A stretch of 64,000 nucleotides of DNA, taken from assembly GCF_036321535.1 (NCBI RefSeq), contig NC_087437.1, positions 32,738,001-32,802,000 on the forward strand, read 5' to 3'. Positions 37,357 through 50,900 of the stretch are shown here, one piece after another. The notes under the pieces are model-generated. The model saw only the letters and a list, made by a program, of their open reading frames with translations, was not told the origin of the DNA and ran no database searches. The translations under genes were made by a program, and so were the position numbers. Source of the DNA: Camelus dromedarius (Eukaryota). The stretch's first letter is position 1; every line of letters begins with the position of its first letter.

Positions 37357-40299
37357 TATTAGGTGTGAGATTTAGGTTGAGGTTTTCTGTTTGTTTGTTT
37401 TTTGCATATGGATGTTTAAATGTTCAATTTTCCAACATGATATGTTGAAAAGATTGGAGTTTATTCATTGAATTGCCTTTGTACTTTTATCAGAAATCAA
37501 TTGGCCATTTGTTTGGATCTATTTCTGGGTTCTCTGTTCTGTTTCATTCATCTATTTGTTTATCCTTTTGCCAGTATCACACTGTTTTACTGTAGTTTTG
37601 TAGTAAGTCATTAAAGTCAGTTGCTGTGGTTCCTCCAATTTTATTCTTTTTTTAAAAAAATTGTTTTGGTTGTTCCAGTTCTTTTGCCTTTTCATGTAAA
37701 CATTAGTGTTTGTCTATATATACAAAAATAATTTTGATTGGAATTATATTAAATTTATAGATCAATTTTGGAAGAATTGACATGAACATGGTTTAATTTC
37801 TTTTTTTAGCCTTTCTTAGCTTTTAGCATACAGATTCTGTGTTTTGTTAGATTTATACCTAAGTATTTCATTTTTGGAGGAACTATTTTAAATGATACTG
37901 TTTTTAAAAATTCAATTTCTATTTGTGCATTTCTAATATACAGAAATGCAGTGTATATAATTGAAGTATAATTTTGTGTGCATGCACACACATGGGCATG
38001 TATGGGCTTACTCTGTATTCTGTCACACTGCTAAATGTACTGATTAGTTCTAGGAGATTTTTTTGGTAGATTCATTAGGACTCTTTATATACACAATCGT
38101 GTTGTCTTTGGGACAGCAGCTTTATTTCTTCCTTTCCAAATGATATACTTTTTATTTATTTTTCTTGCCTTATTGAACTGACTAGGACTTTTAGTTCTAT
38201 TTTCAATATGAATGATGAACAAGGACATTTTATGGGGGAAACATTTAATTTTCCATCATGAAGAAGGTTGTGAACTGCATTTTTTGTTGATGTCCTCTAT
38301 CATGTTGAGGAAATTTCCTTCTATTCTTACTTTCCTAGGAGTTTGTACCTTGTAATGGATGCTGAATTTTGTCAAATGCATTTCCAGCATCAACTGACAC
38401 AATCATGTGAGGTTTTTTCTAAGATTGTTAATGTGATAGATTACACTGATTACACTGATTTATTTTTGAATATTGAACCATCTTTGCATTCCAGAGATAA
38501 ATTCATTTGATTGTAGTATACAAACTTTATATAGTTTTTAAGGTGAGCTTATATTATTGATTTGAGAACTTCTAATATAAGACTTTAATGATAAAAATTT
38601 CCTCCTAGAGACTACTTTTTCTGTATCTCACAAATTCTCATATGTTGTGTTTTTATGTCTTCCCAGTTATGAATATTTTCTAATTTCCTCTGTAACTTCT
38701 CTTTGACCTAGGAATTACTTAGATGTAAGATGTACAATTTCCAAGTGTTTGGAGATTTCTCTGTATCTTTCTGTTATTGATTTCTAGTTTCATTTCATTA
38801 TGATAAGAGAACATACTTTGTATGATTTTTTTTTCTTGCAAATTTGTGAAGGTTTGTTTTATGAGTCTGGATATGGAATGTTCCATGTATTTTGCTATTG
38901 TTAGGTCATGCACTGCAGAAATGGAAATTAGATCCAGTTAGTTGATGGTCTTATTCTGTTCTTCTGTCTCCTTGCTTATTTTCTTCTACTAGTTATGTTG
39001 ATTACTGAGAGAGAAACATTGATGACTCCAGCTATAATTCTGAATTTGTTTATGTTTCCTTTCAGTTTTTGTGTTGTATGTTTTTGAGTCATTTGTTAGG
39101 TGTATATACATTTAAGATTGTTATGTCTTTTTGGTGAATTGACTCTTTCTTCATCCTATAACACCTCTCTTTGTTCTTGACTATTTTATTGTTACACAGG
39201 ACACACTGTCTGAATCTAGTATAACTGCTACAGATAACTTTTAGTCAGTGTTTGCATGGTAAATATTTTCCGCCTATTTATTTTTAATATGCCTATATCA
39301 CTATATTTAAAATGAATTTCTTACAGATAGGTGGATTTTTAAAATCCATTTTGACAATAACTCTCTTTTAATTGGTGTGTTTAACTTACTAAGTTTAGTT
39401 ATTTTATAGTCTATGACTCCATTGTATATAGTCCCATGGGTCCATTCCTATTGCCTCTGAGGGCAACCTGGGATAATAATTTAGTTTCATCAATTGAATT
39501 GCTAACTCTTAGATGCCATTAAACAAATCATAAATGTTTTAAAATAAATTTCTTAACCATTGTAGTAGTTTCTAGAGAAAGAATTGATCTGGATTTACTT
39601 AGTCTGCTATTACTAGGATTTCAGTATCCATCCTATTTTATTACTTCCTGTATACTTCAGTGTCAGGAGGTGAATTTGTTATCCTTCTTAGTTTCCATCT
39701 CCCCTCCAAATCATTGTTCTTCCACCCTTTATTTTAAATAGGGTAAAATAAAATATATTCTTCTGAGGCGTGTGTCATTCATCATAAAACTTTCTTTTCC
39801 TTCCTTCTGCTGACATGTCTTTCCGAGACATTACTCCTTTTCACTGAAGGCAGGCATCTGGCTCACAGTCTTCTGTCCTCAAACCCATTATCCAAGGCTT
39901 TAGTAGGTCAGAACTATTCTTGAACTTTAGATACATATGAAGGACTACCTGTTAGGTATGTCTAGAACCTCAAGTCCAACATATCCAGAACTAATCTCTT
40001 GACACCCCCCTACCCAACCATGGCGTCTTACATCCATGAAACAATTGAGTTTAAATTTTTTTCCATGGGGCTCCACTTCTGATGATGTCTAAGTAACTGC
40101 TTTCAGATCATTCATCTCATAGATAAGAACTATGCAGTTACTAAGTATATAATTTTTACATGGCCCTTTGTAAGTATAATTATAATTACCACATTTTCTC
40201 AACCCAGAATTAGAACATATGATCAGACAAACCTGTATGTACCTTCAGGATTAATGAGTACTGCATCCTTTTCCCTGAAAAAAAATCCATGATGTGTTA

Positions 40300-40470
40300 C
40301 CAGGGTAGATATAGTAGATACAACATTAGATTAATATGTATAGGTTCTAGTCCTGGCTCTGTTCTACTGAGTTGCATTTGACTTTGGGCTGGTCACTTAA
40401 CATCCATCTCTGAGTTTATATTCTTTAGCTCTAAAATGAGAGGGATGGAGTAAATGGTCTCTGAAGTCTC
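40300..40470 (+). mobile_element. MIR SINE
   Basis: ggttctagtcctggctctg...tgactttgggctggtcacttaac...ctctgagttt...taaaatgag. Confidence 0.75.
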
Positions 40471-40667
40471 TCTTTGTGGTGGAAGATTAGCTCACCAGTT
40501 TTGAATGAAGAAAAATATGTTATTCTGAGATTGAGGGGAAAGGAGGGTAGTCTTAGAATAACCCTTAAATTATAATGATTAGATTCCTCACATTAAATTA
40601 ATTACCTTGATATAGAGTCTCTGCCTTTTCCACATTCAAGGACATTGGTGACTGAATACAGTGAAGG

Positions 40668-41171
40668 TATTACCGAGTCCAAATTCATTCTGCTCACAGC
40701 ACAACAGGCCAGTAAATCGGGAGACAAGGTGTTAGGGCAAGGAATAGCGACTTTATTCGGAAAGCCGGCAGACCAAGAAGATGGCAGACCTATGTCTTGG
40801 AGAACCGTGTTACTCATGTCAGAATTCAGGCTCCTTTTTATACTAAAAAGGGTAGGGAGTTTGGTTGGTTGTTGCAAACTTCTTGTTGTAGGAATTCTTT
40901 GTTCTTGTAGCTGTCCATGTAGTGTCCCTGTAAAACCTCTGATGAAACAAATGTTATTTTCTATTCTTCAACTTGTCATCTTTATATAAGTGCAAAATGT
41001 CCTTAAAGGTCAGAACCTTGAGAATAGGCTCTCCTGTATATTTCAGGCTAAAGGCAATATTCTTTTACAAAAGGTACAGAGCTAGAAAGACTAAGCCTAG
41101 AAAACAGGACACAGGGTTAAAGCCAAAGAAACAGATCTAATATGGAGTCAGATTTGTTCTTTTCTGTTACA
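40668..41171 (-). mobile_element. Solo LTR, ERV1 class (MER41-like by resemblance)
   Basis: 504 bp. The minus strand starts TGTAACAG and ends GGTAATA (CA decayed to TA). AATAAA at 40757-40752. A 4-bp TSD AAGG (40664-40667, 41172-41175) is typical of ERV1. Confidence 0.8.
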
Positions 41172-41204
41172 AAGGTATACTCACCTAACAGATGCCCTCC
41201 CTCC

Positions 41205-42215
41205 TTTCTAACACTTATCAAATATTTGTTAAGTACCTATTATGCCAGGCACTGAGCTGGATCTTGGAGATCCCATGGTGAACAGTTATGGTGCCTGACT
41301 ATGCAGTTTGTGGTTGAGTTGGTGAAAATTGCAATTGTAAATCACATAAATAAATATAAAATTTCAGTAATGATAAATGTCAAGGATAAGAGATACATAG
41401 TGTTAAATGGCATATAATTTTGAGGGAGGGAGGCATTAACTTAGACCAGTCAGGCAAACTTTTCTGAAGAAATAAGGATGAATAGAAATTATTGAGGGAA
41501 GGAAGTAGACCATTATAGGCAGAGAAACATCATCAACAGAGGTCCCTAGGTAGGAGGGAGACTGATGTGAACAGACACTGAAAGATGGTCAGAGTAGCTA
41601 GAATGGAAGGGAGAGGGAGCACAGTATGAGATGGGGCCAGAGAGGCAGATAGGAGCTAGACTGTGCAGGTCCCTGTAAAGCTAGTTAAGGATTTTGGTCT
41701 CTATCTTGAGAGTTACAGGATGCCTTTGAAGTGTTTTAATCTTGTGGGTAACGTGATCAGATTAGTGTTTTGAAAAGATCACTCCAGCTGCAATGTGGAA
41801 AACAGATTGCAGAGGATAAGAGGGGATGCAGAGAAACCAGATACCAGATAAGTAGCACAGTAGTCTAGGAGAGATGTAATAGTAGCTGGGATCAGGGATT
41901 TGATGTTGGAGATAGAGAAGTTGTTGAATTCGAGACATATTTATGTATTTAATGATGGCTTTGATTTGGTAGACGAGATAAAGATATTAAAGATAACCAG
42001 TAGTTTTCTACTTTGCTCAGTGAAATGATGATGTTACTTTTTTTTTTTACTGACGAAGGATTATACTGGAAGAGACCATGGTATGAGGGAGAAGATCATA
42101 AGTTTGCTTTGGACATACGGAGTTTGAGAAGCCTTTGGAACATTAAGAGGAGAGATAAAGTAGGCAGCAGGACATGTAGGTAGAGAATTTAGGAGAATTC
42201 TAGCCTGGAGTATTC
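41205..42215 (-). mobile_element. LINE-2 fragment
   Basis: caaatatttgttaagtacctattatgccaggcactg start and a purine-rich body (aaagatcactccagctgcaatgtgga, tttggacatacggagtttgag). Confidence 0.8.
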
Positions 42216-43529
42216 GGTTTTCAGTTCCTTTTTAATTTTAATTCTTTAGGTATTTTTCTTGGAATTTGAAAACTACAGTGACCTGTTAAGTGGAGGGTGT
42301 AAAGACCAAAGCAGTGTTTCCTATATGGCAAGATTAAATCATGATGACTGCTGGATCTGACCCAAAGGCTATAGCAAAGATAAATATATTGTGCTGAGGA
42401 TCACTTTGGATGCTGTTAAAATGTGTCTGGCACTATTATAGTTACTGGATATTGCAAAAAATGAATGACATGGTCTTTGATCTCAAATTTCCATCTAGTT
42501 TGGAAGTCAGACACGTAAATAGATGATAACAATGTAGTGTGAGTCTTGTGACAGAGAGATGCCCATTGTACTAGGGCAGCATATCAGAGGGACACTTAAC
42601 CCAAAATGAGCCCAGTCAAGGAAGATTTTCTAGAGGTGTTGATACCTAAGCCATCTGGAAGAACAAGGAAGAGGAAGTAGAAAGGAAAGGGAAAAACAAA
42701 AGGGTTGAGGCAAGAGGGATCATAGTGTATCTAGGAAAACATTTTTATTACCCCTTTTTTAGATGAAATTACCATTTTATTGCCAGACAGAAAGTGCTTT
42801 CTGGAAAAAAGAGGGTGATAATTGAGCTTTGTTGGTACTTTTTTCTTTTTCGCTTTGTTTCTTTTTCTCCCTTCCTCCTCGTCCTCTCCCTTTTCATCTC
42901 CTTTACTGAATAGGTAATATATAGTTCAAAATTGCACATTATATAAAGGTATACATACAGAATAGAGTCTCTCTTCTACTTTGTCCCTCACCCACCTAAT
43001 TCCTTCCCCTCATCCCCCCAAAAATCCAGATCATTTATTTGTTTCTTATATATCCTTCTAGAATTTCTTTAAGAAACATTATAAACAAACACAAATACAT
43101 ATTTTAAAATTTATTTTTCATCTTGGTATCATTAGTTCATCCTGGCTTAAAAAATGTAAGAAGGGGATGTAAGAGGAAGTGCCAGAGGAGTTTTGACCTG
43201 AAGGATTTTAAATCAGAGAAACAACACTAAGAAGAGTGGATTAAAGACCAGGAGACCATTGAGGAGTCTTATAGTAAGTAATGTTGAGAGAGCAGTGATG
43301 AAGCCTTAGTTAAGGTAGAGACAGTGGAAAAAAAAATGTTATTCCATTGGATCTTGATCTTACTTAAGACTTGGGTTCAGAAACTAACCAGTTATTTAAA
43401 CTAAATAACTGTGGAGACACTAAGGGTGGAGTTTGGATGAGTTATGTAAATGAATGGAAGATGGGAGGAAGACTGGAAACCAATGGGGTTTATCCATGAA
43501 ATGAGGAAAAGAAGCTGATAGAGAAGCTA

Positions 43530-43760
43530 GGTGTAGCATAGCAGTTAATAATAGATCATACCTGACTTAGACCTGATTTTAAATCCAGTTCTTTTATTTA
43601 CTAGTTATATGATCTTGGTCAAGTCACTTAATCCCTTTAAGGCTTGGTTTCTTTATCTGTAAAATGACTATGATAAGCATTAACTACCTCCTGGAATTGG
43701 ATGAGGATTAGAGGAGATAGTACATAAGTAAAGCTTTGTATCCAGGGCTCACCAGAAAGG
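43530..43760 (+). mobile_element. MIR SINE
   Basis: Core tgatcttggtcaagtcacttaatccctttaaggcttggtttctttatctgtaaaatg. Confidence 0.8.
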
Positions 43761-45989
43761 CTAATCCTAGATTGGGAAGTCATTTGATCCTTTGAAGTGA
43801 GTGAAGTTGGGAAACTAGAAGAGAATGAGAAGGTGGTTAAGTCCAAGTGGAAAAGAACATGAAATACTTACATGGTTACTTTGATAATCTGCCAGTAGTT
43901 GACTTGGAAATGCCATGTAAGCTTTTTGGGCCTCAGTCTGTTTATCCACCCTACAATAGTGAGAGAGATTAAATGATCAAGGTCCTCCCACTTCTTTCTC
44001 CAGTGCCATACCTAACCATCTTGAACTCTAGTCATATATCTGTGTTACAGATTTCAGAATAAAAACTACAGTTCTTTTAGATCCTATTAATTTCTTGATT
44101 TAGACTTACTATATAACACCCTGAGTTTTACCTGTATTATACATTTAGCTTTGCTTTTATGACTACCTTAAATAATTTTGTTTTGACCATAAAAGAAAAA
44201 GATACTTTTTCTTTTTCTTCTTCTTCTTCCCCCCCACACCCAACCACCTTGTAAAAAGTCTGTTGTTTGTCTTGGCCCTTTTAATCTGCCCAGGAGGAAT
44301 TCAGGCCGAATGATAGGGAGCTGTGAAAATCCAGTTAGTGTGAGCTGTAATCTTTTTTGCTGGCTTTAAATAGTTAGAGTACCATGCAGACACCCTGCAG
44401 ATAACTGAATCAAAACATACAGTAATCACCTAAGCATGGATTTTGCCTTTGCTCTTAGGGAACTATAGTAGAAATCACTAATAATCACTTACTTTTTAGG
44501 AAAATATTTGGTCATGATATCAAATAAAATCAGGGTTAGATACTAAAAGCTTTATTTCACAGGTAGGCAACCCAGTGTTTGTGAAAAGCGTTGATTTTTG
44601 TAAATTTGATATTACTCAGTGTTTATAATATCCTTTGACTATTATAGAGGCAGGAAGACATCTTTCTAGAAAGAATATTTATAATCAGAATCTTTCAGTC
44701 GTCTTCTATTTCAGATATCACTAATGGAAGACAAGAAACTGTTATGATAATTGGGCTTTTGAACTGTAATAAAAGACAAGAAAGTATGCTGCCTCTCTTT
44801 TTTCTTATAAAAGAAACTGATTCCACTAATGCAGTTTATTGAATTAAGGTAGAAAAATATTCTCTAATAACTTTGTCAAATGACGGTCTATTTTTCTAGG
44901 TTTATAGGCTGCTTTTTTTTTTAAGTTCAAAGATGGATTTCTCATCCATTAGATTCTGCATTAGAGTGATGAGAAATACAGTGTGCAGTATGCCGATGCT
45001 GCCTCCTAATTTCATTAGCTTTCCATTTTCTAATACTGCTGTTGATAATATTCGAGTGAAGTTTATAAAATAAAATAGGCTATTTGTTGAAACCAATATC
45101 CTAGTGTTACTGGCATGATTCATACTATAATAGGAGTTCATAAGACATTAGTAAATCTTTTATGTTCAGTGTATTGTTCCAAACAGCAAATTTGAACTCC
45201 TTTGTTTTGAAAGATTCATAAAGTCTATTCCAGGACAAAGGTTTCAAAAAGTAGATGCCTTACCTATGCTTATCGCTTTGCCTTAGGCAATTTTGTAGAG
45301 CTCAGCATACCAGTCCTTCAAAATAGGGAAGCCCAATTTTCATCAGAAATATAGATGACTGAAGACTACTACTCAATAGTAGTTTTTCTGTAAACTTTTT
45401 ATTATAGAAATATTCAAACATGAAAAAGTAAGAGTTTGGTATTATGAACCCAATTTATCCATCTTTCACTTCCAACAATTTGCAGTATATGGTCTATTTT
45501 AGAAATGCTGTATACAAATAGTTTTGAAAATCTGTTATTATATTAGCTAATGTCTCCATGGAAGTTCTAAAAGCTTTGCTACTTCAGTGGACGGAGAAGT
45601 TTGGGTTTGCATTTAGATTAAAAAGAAATAATATTAAGAGGGACATTCTAAATTTGACATTTTAAGAGCAGTTATAATATTTTCATTTATATATAGTGTA
45701 CTATGGACATTGTGTAAAACATTATGACCAACAGATATTTGTGGAGGAATATCCAGGCATTTGCTAATAGTGATAACATTACTTATCTCTCACATAGCCT
45801 CTATTTTCTCACTTACAACCATTTTTTCCTGTATCCTTTCTAGGCTACTTACTCCTGTGGTCACATTTTAAAAAGTTAACAGGCTTGTCATCACCACCAA
45901 CAACCCCGATCAAGTCTTGTTAGCATATATTCCTTTCATTGTCTACTACCTCCCACATTTCCAAGTCAGTTACTCTTGAATTGCATGTA

Positions 45990-47555
45990 AAATATGTTTG
46001 ACCTTATTGAGTTATCCATCACCTTCTATCTGTCTTCACTTCCCTTCTTAGACCCAAAAAAGTTTCATTCTTTCCTATGAAAATGGAAGAAGTGTCCTTT
46101 TTTGTATCATTTGTGCTCCATTGCCTCTTCAAATTGTATTCTTTCCAGAATCAATTCCTCCCTCTACTGGATAATTCTCACCAGCATTTTACAGTATCAA
46201 ACCAAAACAAAATGAAACAAAAAACCTTAACGCTCTCTTGACCTCTCATCTCTTATAGCACTATACCATTTCTCTGCTCCCATTTGAACAGACTATCAGT
46301 TTATTTTATTTTATTTTTTCGACTTCTTCATCTCCTATTTGTTCTTCAATATATTTGAGTCTCTGTTTTCACCTCTGCACTGAAACTGCTTTTCTCAGTT
46401 CATCTGCTCTTATCAGATGCCTTCCATTTTGCCAAGTCCAGTAGACTATTCCCTTTTATCATCTTGTAGGTTTTCTCATCAATATTCAGCACAGCTGATA
46501 ACTCTAATCTTCTCCCATGTCCCTTTCCTCCTCTTTCTTGAAATACCCCTCTCTCTTGATCTGCTACAGTTCTATCTCAATGGCCACTCCTTTGCTGGTT
46601 CCTGCTTCTCCAAATATTGAAGCACTTCACAAATTTGATCTGGGTTTACCATTTTTCAGTTTCTACACTCTTTCTTCTCAGTTAGGGCCAATAAACATTT
46701 TCTGTAAAAGGTCAGTGAGTCAATATTTTAGGCTTTGTGGCCTAAGAGGTAAAATTGGGGTTATTATGTAGGTACATACAGAACAAGAGAAAAAAACAAA
46801 TTTCCACGTGTTTAAAAATTAAGTTCAAAATATAAAAATTATTTGTTTTTACTTTTATTTATCTTTACTGACATCTGAATGGAGTAATATTTCTACTGAT
46901 AAAACAAGCAAGCCACTATCATTTTCCAGCTGAGGTATAGTTTAGCTTCCTAATTGGTCTTCTTATGTTCACTCTTGTCCTCCCTACAAACCATTATCCA
47001 CACAGCAACCAGAGGGATCTCTTAAAATATAGGTAATTTTATATCACTTCTTTGCTCCAAGCCCTTCAATGACTTCTTACTGAATTCCTTACCTTGGAAT
47101 CAGAGTCCCATAGGCTCATGCACTCCTGCTCGTCTCCTACCACTCATTATGCTTATATAATAAGCATATTATTATATTATATTATATTATAGCCACACTG
47201 TTCTGTCCATCCTGTACATCTTTGCAATTGCTGTTGCCTCTGCCTGGAATGCTTCCTCCAGGACCTTTTTATATGACGTATTATTTAGGTCTTCAGTTCA
47301 AGTATAATCTTAAAGGGGCCTTTCCTGATTACCTAATGTAAATTAACCATCTCCCTACCCCATACTCTCTACCTGATTTATATACTTCAGACTACTTATC
47401 ACGGTGTGTAATCATCTTGTTGTTACTCCCACCAGAATATAAGCTTCAAAAGGGCAAGGCCCCTGTTCACTGCTGTATTCCCAGAGCTTACAAACAGTAT
47501 TTGTTTATACTGAATAGGTACTGAAGTAAGATTTATCCATAAATGAATTAAATGA
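45990..47555 (+). mobile_element. LINE-2 fragment
   Basis: Pyrimidine-rich L2 body (ctcttgtcctccctacaaaccattatccacacagcaaccagag; tgttcactgctgtattcccag) ending in an aatgaat-type tail just before the full-length L1. Confidence 0.75.
46678..46850 (+). mobile_element. MER58B/C-like hAT fragment inside an L2
   Basis: aaacattttctgtaaaaggtcag...aatattttaggctttgtgg shares the MER58 5' end. Confidence 0.65.
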
Positions 47556-47915
47556 TTACATAAGTGGGTTAGTTGTAACTTGCATTTTTTTTAACATTTT
47601 TTATTGATTTATAATCATTTTACAATGTTGTGTCAAATTCCAGTGTTCAGCACAATTTTTCAGTCATTCATGGACATATACACACTCATTGTCACATTTT
47701 TTTCTCTGTGAGTGATCATAACATTTTGTGTATATTTCCCTGTGCTATACAGTGTAATCTTGTTTATCTATTCTACAATTTTGAAATCCCAGGCTATCCC
47801 TTCCCACCCTCCACCCCCCTGGTAACCACAAGTCTGTATTCTCTGTCTATGAGTCTATTTCTGTCCTGTATTTACGCTTTGTTTTTGTTTGTTTGTTTGT
47901 TTTTGTTTTTGTTTT

Positions 47916-50900
47916 TTAGATTCCACATATGAGCGATCTCATATGGTATTTTTCTTTCTCTTTCTGGCTTACTTCACTTCGAATGACATTCTCCAGGAGC
48001 ATCCATGTTGCTGCAAATGGCATTATGTTGTCATTTTTATGGCCGAGTAGTATTCCATTGTATAAATATACCACTTCTTCTTTATCCAGTCACCTGTTGA
48101 TGGACATTTAGGCTGTTTCCATGTTTTGGCTATTGTAAATAGTGCTGCTATGAACATTGGGGTGCAGGTGTCATCCTGAAGTAGATTTCCTTCTGGATAC
48201 AAGCCCAGGAGTGGGATTCCTGGGTCATATGGTAAGTCTATTCCTAGTCTTTTGAGGAATCTCCACACTGTTTTCCATAGTGGCTGCACCAAACTGCCTT
48301 GCCACCAGCAGTGTAGGAGGGTTCCCCTTTCTCCACAGCCTCTCCAGCATTTGTCATTTGTGGATTTTTGAATGACGGCCATTCTGACTGGTGTGAGGTG
48401 ATACCTCATTGTAGTTTTGATTTGCATTTCTCTGATAATTAGTGACATTGAGCATTTTTTCATGTGCTTTTTGATCATTTGTATGTCTTCCTTGGAGAAT
48501 TGCTTGTTTAGGTCTTCTACCCATTTTTGGATTGGGTTGTTTATTTTTTTCTTATTGAGTTGTATGAGCTGCTTATATATTCTGGAGATCAAGCTTTTGT
48601 CGGTTTCACTTGCAAAAATTTTCTCCCATTCCATAGGTTTTCTTCTTGTTTTATTTCTGGTTTCCTTTGCTGTGCAGAAGCTTGTAAGTTTCATTAGGTC
48701 CCATTTGTTTATTCTTGCTTTTATTTCTTCTAGGAGAAAAATTTTTAAATGTATGTCAGATAATGTTTTGCCTATGTTTTCCTCTAGGAGGTTTATTGTA
48801 TCTTGTCTTATGTTTAAGTCTTTAATCCATTTTGAGTTGATTTTTGTATATGGTGTAAGGGAGTGTTCTAGCTTCATTGTTTTACATGCTGCTGTCCAGT
48901 TTTCCCAACACCATTTGCTGAAGAGACTGTCTTTATTCCAATGTATATTCTTGCCTCCTTTGTCAAAGATGAGTTGACCAAAAGTTTGTGGGTTCATTTC
49001 TGGGCTCTCTATTCTGTTCCATTGGTCTATATGTCTGTTTTGGTACCAATACCATGCTGTCTTGATGACTGTAGCTCTATAGTATTGTCTGAAGTCTGGG
49101 AGAGTTATTCCTCCAGCCTCTTTCTTTCTCTTCAGTAATGCATTGGCAATTCTAGGTCTTTGATGGTTCCATATGAATTTTATTATGATTTTTTCTAGTT
49201 CTGTGAAATATGTCCTGGGTAATTGGATAGGGATTGCATTAAATCTGTAGATTGCCTTGGGCAGTGTGACCATTTTAACAGTATTGATTCTTCCATCCAA
49301 GAGCGTGGGATATCTTTCCATTTTTTAAAGTCTTCTTTAATTTCCTTCCTCAATGGTTTATAGTTTTCTGTGTACAATTCTCTCACCTCCTTGGTTAGAT
49401 TTATTCCCAGATATTTTATTACTTTGGGTGCTATTTTAAAGGGGATTGTTTCTTTACTTTCTTCTTCTGTTGACTTATCGTTAGTGTAAACAAATGCAAC
49501 TGATTTTTAAACGTTAATTTTGTAACCTGCTACCTTGCTGAATTCTTCCATCAGCTCTAGTAGCTTTTGTGTGGACCTTTTAGGGTTTTCTATATATAGT
49601 AACATGTCATCAGCATATAATGACACTTTTACCTCTTCTTTTCCAATTTGGATCCCTTTTATTTCTTTCTCTTGCCTGACTGCTGTGGCTAGGACTTCCA
49701 GGACTGTGTTGAATAGGAGTGGTGATAGTGGGCATCCTTGTCTTGTCCCAGATTTTAGTGGGAAGCTTTTGAGTTTTCACCGTTGAGTACTATGCTGGCT
49801 GTAGGTTTGTCATATATAGCTTTTTTTACGTTGAGATATGTTCCCTGTATACCCACTTTGGCGAGAGTTTTTATCATAAATGTGTGTTGAATTTTATCAA
49901 ATGCTTTTTCTGCATCGATTGAGATGATTATGTGGTTTTTGTCCTTTCTCTTGTTGATGTGATGTATTACACTGATTGATTTGCATATGTTGAACCAGCC
50001 TTGTATCCCTGGGATGAACCCCACTTGGTCATGATGTATAATCTTTTTTATGTGTTGTTGGATTCTTTTTGCAAAAATTTTGGTGAGGATTTTGGCGTCT
50101 ATGTTCATCAGTGATATTGGCCTATAATTCTCTTTTTTTGTAGTGTCTTTGCCTGGTTTTGGTATCAGGGTGATGGTGGCTTCATAGAATGAGTTTGGGA
50201 GTAATCCCTCCTTTTCAATCGTCTGGAAGAGTTTGAGAAGGACTGGTATGAGTTCTTCTTTGTATGTTTGGTAGAATTCCCTGGTGAAGCCATCCGGTCC
50301 TGGACTTTTATTTGTAGGGAGGTTTTTAATTGCTATTTCTATTTCCTTTCTAGTGATCGGATTGTTCAAGTGTTCAGATTCTTCTTGATTCAGTTTTGGT
50401 GGACAGTATGTTTCCAGAAACTTGTCCATCTCCTCTAGGTTATCCAGTTTGGTTCCATATAGTTTTTCATAATATTCTCGTATGATATTCTGTATTTCTA
50501 TTTTGTTTGTTGTAATTTCTCCATTTTCCTTTCTTATTTTGCTAATTTGTGCTCTCTCTTTTTTCTTCTTTGTGAGTTTGGCCAGAGGTTTGTCGATTTT
50601 ATTTACTTTTTCAAAAAACCAGCTTTTGGTTTGGTTGATTTTTTCTATGGTCTTGTTAATCTCTATTGTATTTAATTCCTCTCTGATCTTTATTATTTCC
50701 TTCCTTCTGCTGCTTTTTGGGGCTTTTTGTTCTTCTTTTTCTAATTCATTCAGGTGGTGGGTTAAATTGTTTATTTGAGATTGTTCTTCTTTTTTGAGGA
50801 AGGCCTGTATCGCTATAAACTTCCCTCTTAGCACTGCCTTTGCTGTGTCCCATAGGTTTTGAGTGGTTGTGCTTTCATTGTCATTTGTCTCAAGGTATTT

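Larger units (their letters stand above)
34010..39390 (-). mobile_element. Cluster of old L1M fragments
   Basis: ORFs 37806-37991 (MKYLGINLTK) and 38719-38913 ([20 protein letters not shown]) are L1 ORF2-like. 3'UTR-like starts at ~34010 and ~35860. Confidence 0.78.

Noticed and set aside
37110..37448. 112-aa Phe/Ser/Leu-rich ORF
   Set aside because: Translation of the pyrimidine microsatellite.
40602..40989. ORFs on both strands over the LTR
   Set aside because: No gag/pol/env similarity; incidental frames in a solo LTR.
43389..43411. 10-bp perfect inverted repeat CAGTTATTTA-aac-TAAATAACTG
   Set aside because: Short and AT-rich; plausible by chance in 64 kb and too small for a pre-miRNA.
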